A stretch of DNA of 64,000 bases from an uncultured Actinomycetes bacterium (GTDB taxonomy: Bacteria > Actinomycetota > UBA4738 > HRBIN12). The position numbers were made by a program, and so were the translations under genes. The DNA is taken from positions 483,655 through 547,654 of the forward strand of contig CAWBVL010000008.1 in the NCBI GenBank assembly GCA_963792215.1, in the 5' to 3' direction. The notes under the pieces are model-generated. The model saw only the letters and a list, made by a program, of their open reading frames with translations. It did not search any database and was not told the origin of the DNA. This document shows, piece after piece, positions 29,485 through 38,749 of the stretch (positions are counted from its first letter, which is position 1; each line of letters starts with the position of its first letter).

Positions 29485-29975
29485 TCGTCGTCCGGCCCCT
29501 TGATCGTTCCGATCTCGACGCCGTGAGCGAAAGCCTCTCGCCACGGTCGCCCGAGCAGTTCCAGCGTCGGATGGAGGAACAGGAACGTGGCGGCGCTGTG
29601 TGGTTCATCGCATGGCTCGACGGAGTCCCGATCGGATTCGTCGGCGTGAGCATGCGCAACGATCACGATGTCGACGCGATGCTCGAAGCGCGCGGCTACG
29701 CGTTGGTCGAGTACCTCTTCGTGGATGAGTCATATCGGAGGCGGGGAGCGGCGCGGGCTTTGATGGAGGCGCTCGAGCGTCTGGCTCGTTCGAACGGCCT
29801 GCCCGGCGTGATCCTCGACACGGGTGTCGGCGATGACTTCGCGGCGGCCCGAGGGCTCTACGCCGCGCTGGGGTACGTCGACCAAGGCGGCGTGTACCTG
29901 GGCGGATGGAGCGATCCCGATCGTCCTGGCGTCAACTTGGTGGACGCGCTCACGATCTGGATCAAGACGTTCTGA
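29481..29975 (+). CDS. GNAT N-acetyltransferase
   Basis: V..SYRRRGAA acetyl-CoA motif, LYAALGY. Confidence 0.8.
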   Translation: MIVVRPLDRSDLDAVSESLSPRSPEQFQRRMEEQERGGAVWFIAWLDGVPIGFVGVSMRNDHDVDAMLEARGYALVEYLFVDESYRRRGAARALMEALERLARSNGLPGVILDTGVGDDFAAARGLYAALGYVDQGGVYLGGWSDPDRPGVNLVDALTIWIKTF

Positions 29976-30686
29976 TCACTCGGTGATCGTCGGCTCTTCG
30001 CCGCTCGATCCGTCCTCGGGGGATTCGACGATGCGCGGCCGAAGACGCCGTGGGGTGATGTCCGCCGCGGGCGGCATCGTCCAACCGCGCCAGATCGCCA
30101 TCGATCGAACCAAGAACACCAGCGCGATCGCCGCGATCTCGGCCGTGAGCTTCTGGACATGCACGCCTCGGACCAGAACCACGTACACGACCGACGCCAG
30201 GGCGGCAGCCGACGCGAACGGCGCGCCGCGCTGGAACGCCTCCGGCGGCACCTCGCCGGTGAACAGGTCCCGCAGCAGGCTTCCCCCGATCCCGGTGATG
30301 ACGCCGAGCAGGATGGCCGCGGCGATCGGGAGCCCGGCGGACAGCGTCTTCTGGGTGCCGATCACCGCGAACAATCCGAGCGAGAGCGACTCGAGCCCGG
30401 ACAGCGGCCAGCGCAGCCGCTGCACGGCCGATGCGAAGAACGCTCCGACCGCGGCCGCCGCGATCACCGCGACGAGATACGCGGGATCTTCGAGCGCCGC
30501 GGGGACCGTCGACAACAAGATGTCGCGGATCATCCCACCGCCGAGCCCGGCGACGATGGCGATCGCGATGATCCCGACGAGATCGAGGCCGCGCCGTGCC
30601 GCGAACAACGCGCCGGTGAGCGCGCCGGCGACGACGGCCGACAGCTCGATCCAGAGCGGCGGGTTGATGATGACGTCGGCGAGCAC
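29976..30686 (-). CDS. TRIC cation channel / UPF0126 family membrane protein
   Basis: GGGMIRDILL and GIGGSLLRDL repeats. Confidence 0.85.
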   Translation of the reverse strand: MLADVIINPPLWIELSAVVAGALTGALFAARRGLDLVGIIAIAIVAGLGGGMIRDILLSTVPAALEDPAYLVAVIAAAAVGAFFASAVQRLRWPLSGLESLSLGLFAVIGTQKTLSAGLPIAAAILLGVITGIGGSLLRDLFTGEVPPEAFQRGAPFASAAALASVVYVVLVRGVHVQKLTAEIAAIALVFLVRSMAIWRGWTMPPAADITPRRLRPRIVESPEDGSSGEEPTITE

Positions 30687-30699
30687 CGGTCCGTCCTCC

Positions 30700-31185
30700 C
30701 TAGTGGCTGAGCGCCGCCTTCGTTTCGATCACGGCAACGCCGATCACGAACACGATCGCCGCCTCGACGAACGCGCGCGTCCACCCTGCGCCCGCGGTCC
30801 GCGCGAGCGCGAGCGCGATCACCGAGGTGCCGAGGACCACGCCCCAGCGTGAGAAGACGAGTGCCGTGGGCGTCTCGAAGACGAGGAACGGCACGCTGAG
30901 GACGAACGCGACGCCGACCGCCGCCCCGATCTCTCGGAGGCCCTCCGCGGCGTCGTTCTTGTGGAACGCGCCTCGCGCGATGGCGGCGGTGATCGTCTGC
31001 GCGTACCAGTGGGCGAGCGCGAGGCCAACCGCCGTGCCCCAGAGCGCCCCAACGAGCACAACCTTCGGATCGTCGGACGATGCGGCCGCGAGTTCGGCGG
31101 CCAGGGTGACCGAGACGTAGAAGGCGACGACCACCACCTCTCGTGCGCGGTTGCGCACGGACAGGTCGGGTAAGGCCGCCGTCAT
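30700..31185 (-). CDS. Hypothetical membrane protein
   Basis: Four to five hydrophobic segments; fits tightly between neighbours. Confidence 0.6.
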   Translation of the reverse strand: MTAALPDLSVRNRAREVVVVAFYVSVTLAAELAAASSDDPKVVLVGALWGTAVGLALAHWYAQTITAAIARGAFHKNDAAEGLREIGAAVGVAFVLSVPFLVFETPTALVFSRWGVVLGTSVIALALARTAGAGWTRAFVEAAIVFVIGVAVIETKAALSH

Positions 31186-31196
31186 CGGCCCTGAGC

Positions 31197-31769
31197 CTAG
31201 CCCCTCGGGTCGTCCGATCCGCGGTGGTAGACGCGTTCATCGCGCGGTGTGCCACGCCAGGCCTCGATCTCGTCGAACACGCCGGCGCCCGGATCGATCC
31301 GGTCGAACACGAACCCGGCGCGCTCGGCCGTCCGCGCTGACGCGACGTTGTCGATGTCGCAGCGAAGCTCGATCCGCTCGAAGCCGAGCCGATCCAAACC
31401 CGCGTCGGCGAGCAGCCGGACGGCTCTGCTCGCGTATCCGCGCCGTCTTTGGGTTGGAACGATGGCGTAGGAGATATCGCCGACGCCGTTGCCTTCCGGC
31501 CGCAGCTCTGCCATCCCGATCGCCGCGCCGTCGACCGTGAGCCGCATCGCGAAGCTGAGTTCCTCGCCCGTCGTCCAAGCAGCGCGCCAGCGTTCCGCGA
31601 CCTCCTCCCCATGGCGCAGCCGCGCAGCGGGATCGGGATCGACAGGCGGCTGGTCGAACCACAGTCGGAGCTCCTCATCGAGGTTGAAGTCTCCGATCGC
31701 AGCCCCGTCCGCATGCGTGAAGGGCGTGAGCCAGACGACCCCATCGGTCAACGTCGGCTGCTCGATCAT
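31197..31769 (-). CDS. GNAT (RimJ/RimL-like) N-acetyltransferase
   Basis: RRRGYASRA, NVASARTAERAGF. Confidence 0.8.
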   Translation of the reverse strand: MIEQPTLTDGVVWLTPFTHADGAAIGDFNLDEELRLWFDQPPVDPDPAARLRHGEEVAERWRAAWTTGEELSFAMRLTVDGAAIGMAELRPEGNGVGDISYAIVPTQRRRGYASRAVRLLADAGLDRLGFERIELRCDIDNVASARTAERAGFVFDRIDPGAGVFDEIEAWRGTPRDERVYHRGSDDPRG

Positions 31770-32752
31770 GTCGTGATCGCGAGCTCGGAACGGCGCGCCG
31801 CTGCGACGACGTCGTCGGGACCGAAGAGCTTGGCGAATCCCGTCAGCGCGTCGGCGCGGGTCTCCCCGAGGCTAACGTCGAAGACGCGTCGACGGAGATC
31901 CGCGACCTCCTGGAGCACCCAGTCGAACCGGTAGTAGGCGATCAACACCGGGTCGGCACGCACCTCGCCGTAGCCCTCGAAGAAGTCTTCGCCCGATGGG
32001 TCGATGTCGGCGGTCTCACCCGAGACGAACATGAGATCGCGTTCGCGCGGCGCGAGCAGCGCTTCATCCCAATCGATGATGCGTAGGTCCCCTGACTGCT
32101 CGATCAACACGTTCCACGCATGGAAGTCGGCATGGCAGGGGACGAGCTGTGCGCCCGATCGGGCTCCATACACCGCCAGCTCACGAGCACGCGTGAGGGC
32201 GTAGGCGATCTCGGATCGGTGAGCGTCCCAGGCAGCGAGCAGGGTGGCGGCTATCTCGTCCGGCGCCTCCAGGTGGATCGTCTGGTTGGCGCCCTCGATG
32301 TACGCCTCGTCTCGCACGACGAACCGCTCTCGCGGGAGCAGCGTCTTGAGGGCATCGTCCGGCGGCGTCTCATGGAGCGCACGGAGGAAGCGGCCGAGCT
32401 CTTCTCGTTGCGCGGGCGTCAGCCCGATCTCGCCCGCTGCGACGCCGTCGATGAACGGGAACAGTGCGAACGTGTACGGCTTCCCTCGGTCGACGGCCGA
32501 ACCGTCGCGCGTGGAGATCGCCGGCACGAGGTGCTCGATGCCCCGGGCTGCGAGCAAGCGCGGGAGCTCGATCGCCGTCGGCCCGACGTGGCGGAGCACC
32601 TTGAGGAACCGCTGCACACCGCCGCCATCGAGGCGGAACGACCAGGACGACCCCTGCGGAAGGAAGGTTGCGTCATGAACGTCAAGGGCGTACCGATCGC
32701 GCACCCTGGCGACGATCGCGTCGGTCCTTAGGTCGGGCGGCGGCTCGATCAT
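31766..32752 (-). CDS. Aminoglycoside phosphotransferase-like kinase
   Basis: CHADFHAWNV and IIDWD motifs; APRERDLMF. Confidence 0.8.
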   Translation of the reverse strand: MIEPPPDLRTDAIVARVRDRYALDVHDATFLPQGSSWSFRLDGGGVQRFLKVLRHVGPTAIELPRLLAARGIEHLVPAISTRDGSAVDRGKPYTFALFPFIDGVAAGEIGLTPAQREELGRFLRALHETPPDDALKTLLPRERFVVRDEAYIEGANQTIHLEAPDEIAATLLAAWDAHRSEIAYALTRARELAVYGARSGAQLVPCHADFHAWNVLIEQSGDLRIIDWDEALLAPRERDLMFVSGETADIDPSGEDFFEGYGEVRADPVLIAYYRFDWVLQEVADLRRRVFDVSLGETRADALTGFAKLFGPDDVVAAARRSELAITT

Positions 32753-32761
32753 CGCCGGGCG

Positions 32762-34075
32762 TCAGCCGCGGCGTATCGGCTCAGGGATCAGGTCGCCATG
32801 CGCCTCGATCAGCTCGTCAACCATGTTGACTATCTGATCGGTGCTGAGCGTCGCCGCCGTGTTCGGGTCAAGGAGGGCAGCGTGATAGACGTGCTCACGT
32901 GACTCCTCGACCACCGCCCGGACCGTGAGCTCAACCGGGTTGAGGAACGTGCGGTTCAAGCCCAGGCACTGCGGCGGGATGGGCCCGACCCGATGCGGCT
33001 GGACCGCGCCGTCGGCCACCGTCACCGGCACCTCCACGCACGCGTCGGTCGGTAAGCCGTCGATCAGCGCGTCGTTGCGCACGTTCCCGTAGAGCGTCGC
33101 GGGTGTCCCCGTCTCAAGTGCGAAGATGTACTGCGACGCGAGCTCGTCGTTCCGCTCGAGCTCGATCTCGGCACCTGCGTCGAGCTGCGCCTTCAGCGCC
33201 GCCCATTCCTCGAGGTTCTCGTCGCTACGCCGGATGTACTCGTCGATCTCGCTGCGGAAGTGCTCGACCTGATCGGGCAGGTGCAGCACCCACGGCACGT
33301 ATTCGCTCGAGTGCTCGGAGCTCTCGGTGGGGAAGTAGCCGAACCGCCGGAAGATCTCGACGCGGACGCGCCGGCCGAGTCCATCCGGATCCGCGTCGAC
33401 GGCCGCGCGGATGCGCGGGTACAGGTCCTCCCCGGTGTTCTTGTCGCGGAACACGTAGACGAAGCACTGATGGTTGAACCCGGCGGTGAGGAACTCGACC
33501 TGTTCCTCGGGGACGCCGGCGAGCTCCGCAAGGAAGCTGTGTGTGTCGCGCACGCTGTGGCAGACCCCGATCGTGCTGGCGGCCGGCCACGACGACCCGG
33601 CCCAGATGCCCCAGGGCACCATCGCCATCGGGTTCGTGTAGTTGAGCAAGAGACCCTCGGGGCAGAGTTCGGCCATCTCGTTGCCCATCTCGATCATCAC
33701 CGGGATCGTGCGGAGCCCGCGCATGATGCCGCCGATGCCGATCGTGTCCGCGATCGTCTGACGGAGGCCGTAGCGCGCCGGGATCTGGAAGTCACGAAGG
33801 GTCGCGTCGTAGCCGCCGACCTGGATCTCGTTGACCAGGTAGTCCGCGCCGTCGAAGGCCTCGCGCCGGTCGGCATGCGCCTGGACCTTGTAGCCGGCGC
33901 CGAGCCGGTCGACCACCTGGTTCGCCGCGCGCTCGGCATAGGCGAGCCGTTCCTCGTCGATGTCGTGGAGTGCGAGCTCGAGGCTGCCGTGCAGCTCGGG
34001 CGCGCTGCACAGGTCGGTCAGGATGTTCCGGGTGAACTCGACGCTGCCCGCGCCGATGATCACGACCTTCGCCAT
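32762..34075 (-). CDS. melA: Glycoside hydrolase family 4 alpha-galactosidase
   Basis: IIGAGSVEF, QTIADT.GIGG, NYTNPM, GVCHS, TESSEH. Confidence 0.85.
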   Translation of the reverse strand: MAKVVIIGAGSVEFTRNILTDLCSAPELHGSLELALHDIDEERLAYAERAANQVVDRLGAGYKVQAHADRREAFDGADYLVNEIQVGGYDATLRDFQIPARYGLRQTIADTIGIGGIMRGLRTIPVMIEMGNEMAELCPEGLLLNYTNPMAMVPWGIWAGSSWPAASTIGVCHSVRDTHSFLAELAGVPEEQVEFLTAGFNHQCFVYVFRDKNTGEDLYPRIRAAVDADPDGLGRRVRVEIFRRFGYFPTESSEHSSEYVPWVLHLPDQVEHFRSEIDEYIRRSDENLEEWAALKAQLDAGAEIELERNDELASQYIFALETGTPATLYGNVRNDALIDGLPTDACVEVPVTVADGAVQPHRVGPIPPQCLGLNRTFLNPVELTVRAVVEESREHVYHAALLDPNTAATLSTDQIVNMVDELIEAHGDLIPEPIRRG

Positions 34076-34182
34076 ACCACGGAGTGTGCCAGTGAGCCGC
34101 GCCGGTCGTCGAACCGGAACGCGCAGCCCGGTGTGCGTTCGTATCCGGCCGCGGTTCCCGCGCGCCGATAGCATCCCGAGCG

Positions 34183-35031
34183 ATGGCGACCTTCCTGCTC
34201 GCGTTCGACCACCGGCGATCGCTCATGACGAGCTTCTTCGAGGCCGGCGACGAGCCCGAGCGCGGAGAGGTCGCGACGGCCCGCGAGATCAAGACGGTGA
34301 TCGCCGACGGGCTCCTCGCGGCGATCCGGCGGTCCCGGGTCGACCGACGGGACGCGGGCGGTTTGGTCGACGCGATGTACGGCGGGATCGCGATCGACCG
34401 GCTGCGGACCTCGGGCGTCCGGTTCGCCGTGCCCGTTGAGGCGAGCGGCAAGCGAGAGCTCGAGTTCGAGCATCCGGACTGGCGGCAGCGGCTCGAGGCG
34501 ATCAAGCCGACCTGGGCGAAGGTGCTGGTGCGCTACAACCCGTCGGGCGACGCGGCGATGAACGGGCGGCAGCGCGACCTGCTGCTTGCGTTGCAGACCG
34601 CCAGCCACGAGATCCGCGTGGGGTTCCTGTTCGAGCTGCTGGTCCCGCCGGAGCCGGCCCAGCGCTCGGACGAGTACGACACGGCGACCCGCCCGGGCCT
34701 TGTCGTCGAGGCGATCGACGAGCTGCGCAGCGCCGGCGTCCAACCCGACCTATGGAAGACCGAGGGGTTCGAGCGCCGGGAGGATTGCGTGACGGTCGCC
34801 GAGCACGCGGGCGCGCCCTGCGTCGTGCTCGGCCGCGGCGCCGACACCGACGCGGTGGAGCGATGGCTCCGCGCCGGCGCCGGCGTCTTCGACGGCTTCG
34901 CGATCGGGCGCTCGATCTGGTGGGACGCGGCGCGCGCCTACGTCGCCGGGTCGGCCGACCGGGACGCAACCGTGACCGCCATCGCGGAGCGATACGGGCA
35001 CTTCGTCGACGTGTTTCACGCGGGCGCCTGA
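34183..35031 (+). CDS. DUF2090 / IolC C-terminal-like TIM-barrel (aldolase-like) protein
   Basis: LAFDHR, KVLVRYNP, LFELLVP, PDLWKTEG, GFAIGRSIW. Confidence 0.75.
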   Translation: MATFLLAFDHRRSLMTSFFEAGDEPERGEVATAREIKTVIADGLLAAIRRSRVDRRDAGGLVDAMYGGIAIDRLRTSGVRFAVPVEASGKRELEFEHPDWRQRLEAIKPTWAKVLVRYNPSGDAAMNGRQRDLLLALQTASHEIRVGFLFELLVPPEPAQRSDEYDTATRPGLVVEAIDELRSAGVQPDLWKTEGFERREDCVTVAEHAGAPCVVLGRGADTDAVERWLRAGAGVFDGFAIGRSIWWDAARAYVAGSADRDATVTAIAERYGHFVDVFHAGA

Positions 35032-35058
35032 CCCTCGACCCGCTGTTAGCGTGGTCGG

Positions 35059-36294
35059 ATGCGAAGACCGCGGGTGTCCGATGCCGCCCAGATCCAGGGG
35101 TTGTTCCTGTGCTTCGGATTGGCCATCGCGGCGTTCTTCCCGTTCCTCGCGCTGTACCTCGAGCGCTATCACGGCCTCGATGCGTCGCGGATCGGCGTCG
35201 TGATTGCATGTTGCGCAGCGGCGCGTATGGTCGCGAACCCGTTCTGGGGACACACGGCCGACACACGGTGGGGACGGCTCAACGTCCTGCAGATCTGTCT
35301 CGCCGGCTCGGCCGTCGCGGCGCTCTTCTTGAATGTCCACTGGGCCTTCGCCGGGATCGTGCTAGCAGCGGCGATCCACTCTGCCTTCTTCGTCGGACCC
35401 GGCCCGAACATCGACGCACTCGCGCTCGCGCATCTCGGTGAAGAGCGGATGTCCGAGTACGGGCGGATCCGCGGATGGGAGAGCCTGACGTATGCGGCTG
35501 CCTGCCTGGTCTTCGGGTTGATCCTCGAGCGGTATGGCATGGGCTGGGCGATGCCGCTGTTCGCGATCTCGGCGCTGCTCGTCCTGGTCTGGTCGACGAC
35601 CGTGGAACGAGACCGCCCGACGAAGCTGGAGGATCACGGGCGCCTCGGCTCGGTCGGCGCGGTGTTCCGTGAGGCGCCGCGGTTCTGGGGCTACCTATCA
35701 GCAGCGCTGCTCGTGTGGATCGGGTTCAACGCCGCATGGAACTTCCTGGCGCTGCGGATCGCCGACAACGGCGGCGGCGCGTTGCTGATCGGCCTCGGCA
35801 CCGCGCTCGGCGGGGTGATCGAGGTGCCGACGATGCGGAGCTCGTCGCGGCTGCAGCGGCGCCTCGGCCTGCGACGCGTCTACATGCTGGGCTGCGCCGT
35901 GTACGCGCTCGGCTTCCTGTTATGGGGGTCGGTGTCGAACCCGACCGTGCTATCCGTGCTCACGATGCTCGAGGGCGTCGGCTTCAGTCTGTTGTTCACA
36001 ACGGGGGTCGTGATCATCGGCCGCCTGTTGCCGTCGAACCTGTACTCGACGGGGAACGCGGTCTCGGCGATGGTCGGGTTCGGCATCGCGCCGATCATCG
36101 GCGCCGGCATCGGCGGGTTCATCTATCAACACCTCGGCGCGCCGGTGCTGTATGGGTCGGCGTCGGCGCTTGCCTTGAGCGCCGCGGTCGTCGCGTGGTT
36201 CGCGCTGAACACACCCGCGCTGCGTGAATCGCGGCCGACGACTGACGACGACGCGGTGCCGGTGACGCTCCCCGACACCGGACCCACCGTATGA
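35059..36294 (+). CDS. MFS transporter
   Basis: About 12 TM segments; EYGRIRGW motif. Confidence 0.85.
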   Translation: MRRPRVSDAAQIQGLFLCFGLAIAAFFPFLALYLERYHGLDASRIGVVIACCAAARMVANPFWGHTADTRWGRLNVLQICLAGSAVAALFLNVHWAFAGIVLAAAIHSAFFVGPGPNIDALALAHLGEERMSEYGRIRGWESLTYAAACLVFGLILERYGMGWAMPLFAISALLVLVWSTTVERDRPTKLEDHGRLGSVGAVFREAPRFWGYLSAALLVWIGFNAAWNFLALRIADNGGGALLIGLGTALGGVIEVPTMRSSSRLQRRLGLRRVYMLGCAVYALGFLLWGSVSNPTVLSVLTMLEGVGFSLLFTTGVVIIGRLLPSNLYSTGNAVSAMVGFGIAPIIGAGIGGFIYQHLGAPVLYGSASALALSAAVVAWFALNTPALRESRPTTDDDAVPVTLPDTGPTV

Positions 36295-37151
36295 ATCAGA
36301 ACGTGGATCCTCGCGCGCGCATCTCGAAGGTCTTTCCCGAGCTGGACGCGCGCGATGTCCGACCGATCGGCACCGGCTGGACCGTTGACACGTACGAGGT
36401 CGACGACGGATGGATCGTGCAGTTCCCGCGGAACGACCGCGCGGCCGAGCGCCTGCGCGCGCAGATCGCGACGCTGCCCGAGCTCGCTGCCGAACTTCCG
36501 GCGCTCGTGCCGGAGCCGACATACGTCGACGCGGACGGCCCCGCGATCGCGTATCGAAAGATCGACGGCGTGCCGCTCGACGAGGCGCCCGACGGGCTGT
36601 GGCCCGAGCGGCTGGGCAGGTTCCTGTACGACCTGCACCTGATGCCGCCGGAGTACGTCGGATCACGCGGCTGCACGGCGTCGGAGGTCCGCAACGCGTT
36701 GCGCTCGGAGCTGGATAGGTTCGGTGACCGCGTGTTGCCGTTGCTCGACGCGGAGGAGTCGGCACACATCGGCTCTTGCTTCACGGCGTTCATCGACGAC
36801 GACGACCTATGGCGGTTCGCGCCGTGCCTCACACACCGTGACCTCGGTCCGGAACACGTCCTCGTGTCGACGAGTGGTGACCTCGCCGGCGTGCTCGACT
36901 GGGAAGAGCTCGGTGTCGACGACCCCGTCGCGGACTTCGCGTGGCTGCTCCATGAGATGCCCGAGGCGGGCGAACGTGCCCTGTCGGCCTACGGCGGAGC
37001 GCCCGATCCCGCCTTCCGGACGCGCGGCGCGGTGCGCTACGCCCTGATGCCGTTCCACGAGGTTCTCCACGGTTTGGATACCGGACAGGAGGAGTACGTG
37101 GCCGGCGGAGTTGAGGGCGTTCGGCGGCGAGCCCGCTGGCTGGAGACTTGA
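36291..37151 (+). CDS. Aminoglycoside phosphotransferase-like kinase
   Basis: THRDLGPEHV, VLDWE and DPVADFA motifs. Confidence 0.8.
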   Translation: MNQNVDPRARISKVFPELDARDVRPIGTGWTVDTYEVDDGWIVQFPRNDRAAERLRAQIATLPELAAELPALVPEPTYVDADGPAIAYRKIDGVPLDEAPDGLWPERLGRFLYDLHLMPPEYVGSRGCTASEVRNALRSELDRFGDRVLPLLDAEESAHIGSCFTAFIDDDDLWRFAPCLTHRDLGPEHVLVSTSGDLAGVLDWEELGVDDPVADFAWLLHEMPEAGERALSAYGGAPDPAFRTRGAVRYALMPFHEVLHGLDTGQEEYVAGGVEGVRRRARWLET

Positions 37152-37227
37152 GGTTGGCGACCTGCAGGTTTGCGGTTAGCGGCAACCGACCGGACCATGT
37201 GGACATCAGCGCACGAGGAGGCCCCGC

Positions 37228-37461
37228 ATGGTCACTGCGTACATCCTGATCCAGACCGAGGTCGGCAAAGCGTCGCAGGTCACCGACCAGGTTCGCGCGA
37301 TCGAAGGCGTGATGGTCGTCGACCCGGTGACGGGGCCCTACGACATCGTCGCGCGCGCCGAGGCCGCCGACCTCGACCTGCTCGCGAAGGGCACCGTGAT
37401 GCCCATGCAGGACCTCGACGGGATCACGCGAACGCTGACGTGTCCCGTGTTGCAACTCTGA
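37228..37461 (+). CDS. Lrp/AsnC ligand-binding domain protein (no HTH)
   Basis: AYILIQTEVGK..VTGPYDIVA..GITRTLTC; GAGGAGG RBS. Confidence 0.85.
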   Translation: MVTAYILIQTEVGKASQVTDQVRAIEGVMVVDPVTGPYDIVARAEAADLDLLAKGTVMPMQDLDGITRTLTCPVLQL

Positions 37462-37471
37462 TCTGGCCGAG

Positions 37472-38686
37472 CTAGTCGTCGACGCGCACCGGGAACGGCA
37501 ACGCCACCGGATCGACGAACGGCGGGTTCCCGGCTTTATCGAACCGATCCATCCGGAAGTCTTCGACGCGCTCGACCACGCGTGTGCGCCTCGCGAGTGC
37601 GAGATCCGTCGCGATACGCGACACCGCCGGGCCCCACATCATCCCGTGTCCGCAGACGCTCGCGATCGTGACGCCATCGACGACTGTGCCGTCACGCTGT
37701 ACCAGCGGACCCGTGATCGGCAGGTGGTCCGGCGTGTACTCGATCGTCGCCGACCACGCCTTCTTGATGCCGAGATCTTTGGTTGCCGGCACGAGGGTCG
37801 CGAGCCGTCGCTGCATCCTCCGCAGGTAGGCCCAGTCGATCGCGCGGCCCGGGCCCGGTTCTTCGTCCGGGTTCGACATGCCCCAGAGGAACCCGCCTTC
37901 CTCGGGCCGCCAGTAGATGCCCGCGCCCATGTCGAAGGCCATCGCGGTCATGTCGGCGTGGAGCGCCGGTGACGGCTCGGTGACGACGACCATGTGGCGC
38001 GCGTACCCGACCCAAGCGCGCGCCCCGGCTGCGCTCGCGACCGACTGCATCGCGGGCCCGCCGGTCAGGATCACGGTGCCCGTCGAGATGGTGCCGTCGG
38101 ATGTCTCGACGCCCGTGACGACACGATGTCCACGGCGGCCGGCCTTCGTGCGCAAGCTGAGGTAAGTCACGCCTTCACGCAGTTCGACCTTGCGCTTCTG
38201 CATCGCGAGCCCGTATGCGCGCACGTTGCGAGGTGGATCCACCCAACCGTCCGTTGCCACGTAGGAGCCGCCGCGGAACCGTCCGCCGGTCATCGCGGGG
38301 ATCAATCGGCGCACCTCGTCCGCGTTAGCCCACCGCACGTCGAGGCCGACCTCGCGTTGCATCTCGATCCGTTCGCGCGCGGCGCGTTCTTCGGCTGCCG
38401 TCGTCGCCATGATCACGTAGCCGCGGCCGACGAACCCCGAGTCGGTGTCGTAGCGCGCGCGCTGCCCTTGGTAGAAGTCGATCGACCACCGCCCGAGCCG
38501 CACGGTGTCCGGCGTGCCGCCCTGTGCGCGGACCATCCCCGCCGCGCGGCTCGATGCGCCCGATCCGGCGATCTCTCGTTCGAGCACGATGACCCGTTTC
38601 GCGCCCGCCTCGCGCGCGAACACCGACGCCCAGCCGCCGATCGTTCCGGCGCCGACCACCACGACATCGGCACGTTCGCTCGCCAT
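37472..38686 (-). CDS. FAD-dependent oxidoreductase (sarcosine oxidase beta/DAO family)
   Basis: VVGAGTIG, ASSRAAG, TPDHLPI..G, CGHGMMWGP. Confidence 0.85.
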   Translation of the reverse strand: MASERADVVVVGAGTIGGWASVFAREAGAKRVIVLEREIAGSGASSRAAGMVRAQGGTPDTVRLGRWSIDFYQGQRARYDTDSGFVGRGYVIMATTAAEERAARERIEMQREVGLDVRWANADEVRRLIPAMTGGRFRGGSYVATDGWVDPPRNVRAYGLAMQKRKVELREGVTYLSLRTKAGRRGHRVVTGVETSDGTISTGTVILTGGPAMQSVASAAGARAWVGYARHMVVVTEPSPALHADMTAMAFDMGAGIYWRPEEGGFLWGMSNPDEEPGPGRAIDWAYLRRMQRRLATLVPATKDLGIKKAWSATIEYTPDHLPITGPLVQRDGTVVDGVTIASVCGHGMMWGPAVSRIATDLALARRTRVVERVEDFRMDRFDKAGNPPFVDPVALPFPVRVDD

Positions 38687-38749
38687 CGGCTGCGAACCCT
38701 ACCGCGCACCCGGGCGAACCGATATCCGATGGCGGCTACGCTTCGATCG

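Noticed and set aside
35013-35025. Second parS-like string TGTTTCACGCGGG
   Set aside because: Only a half-site match and inside a coding region
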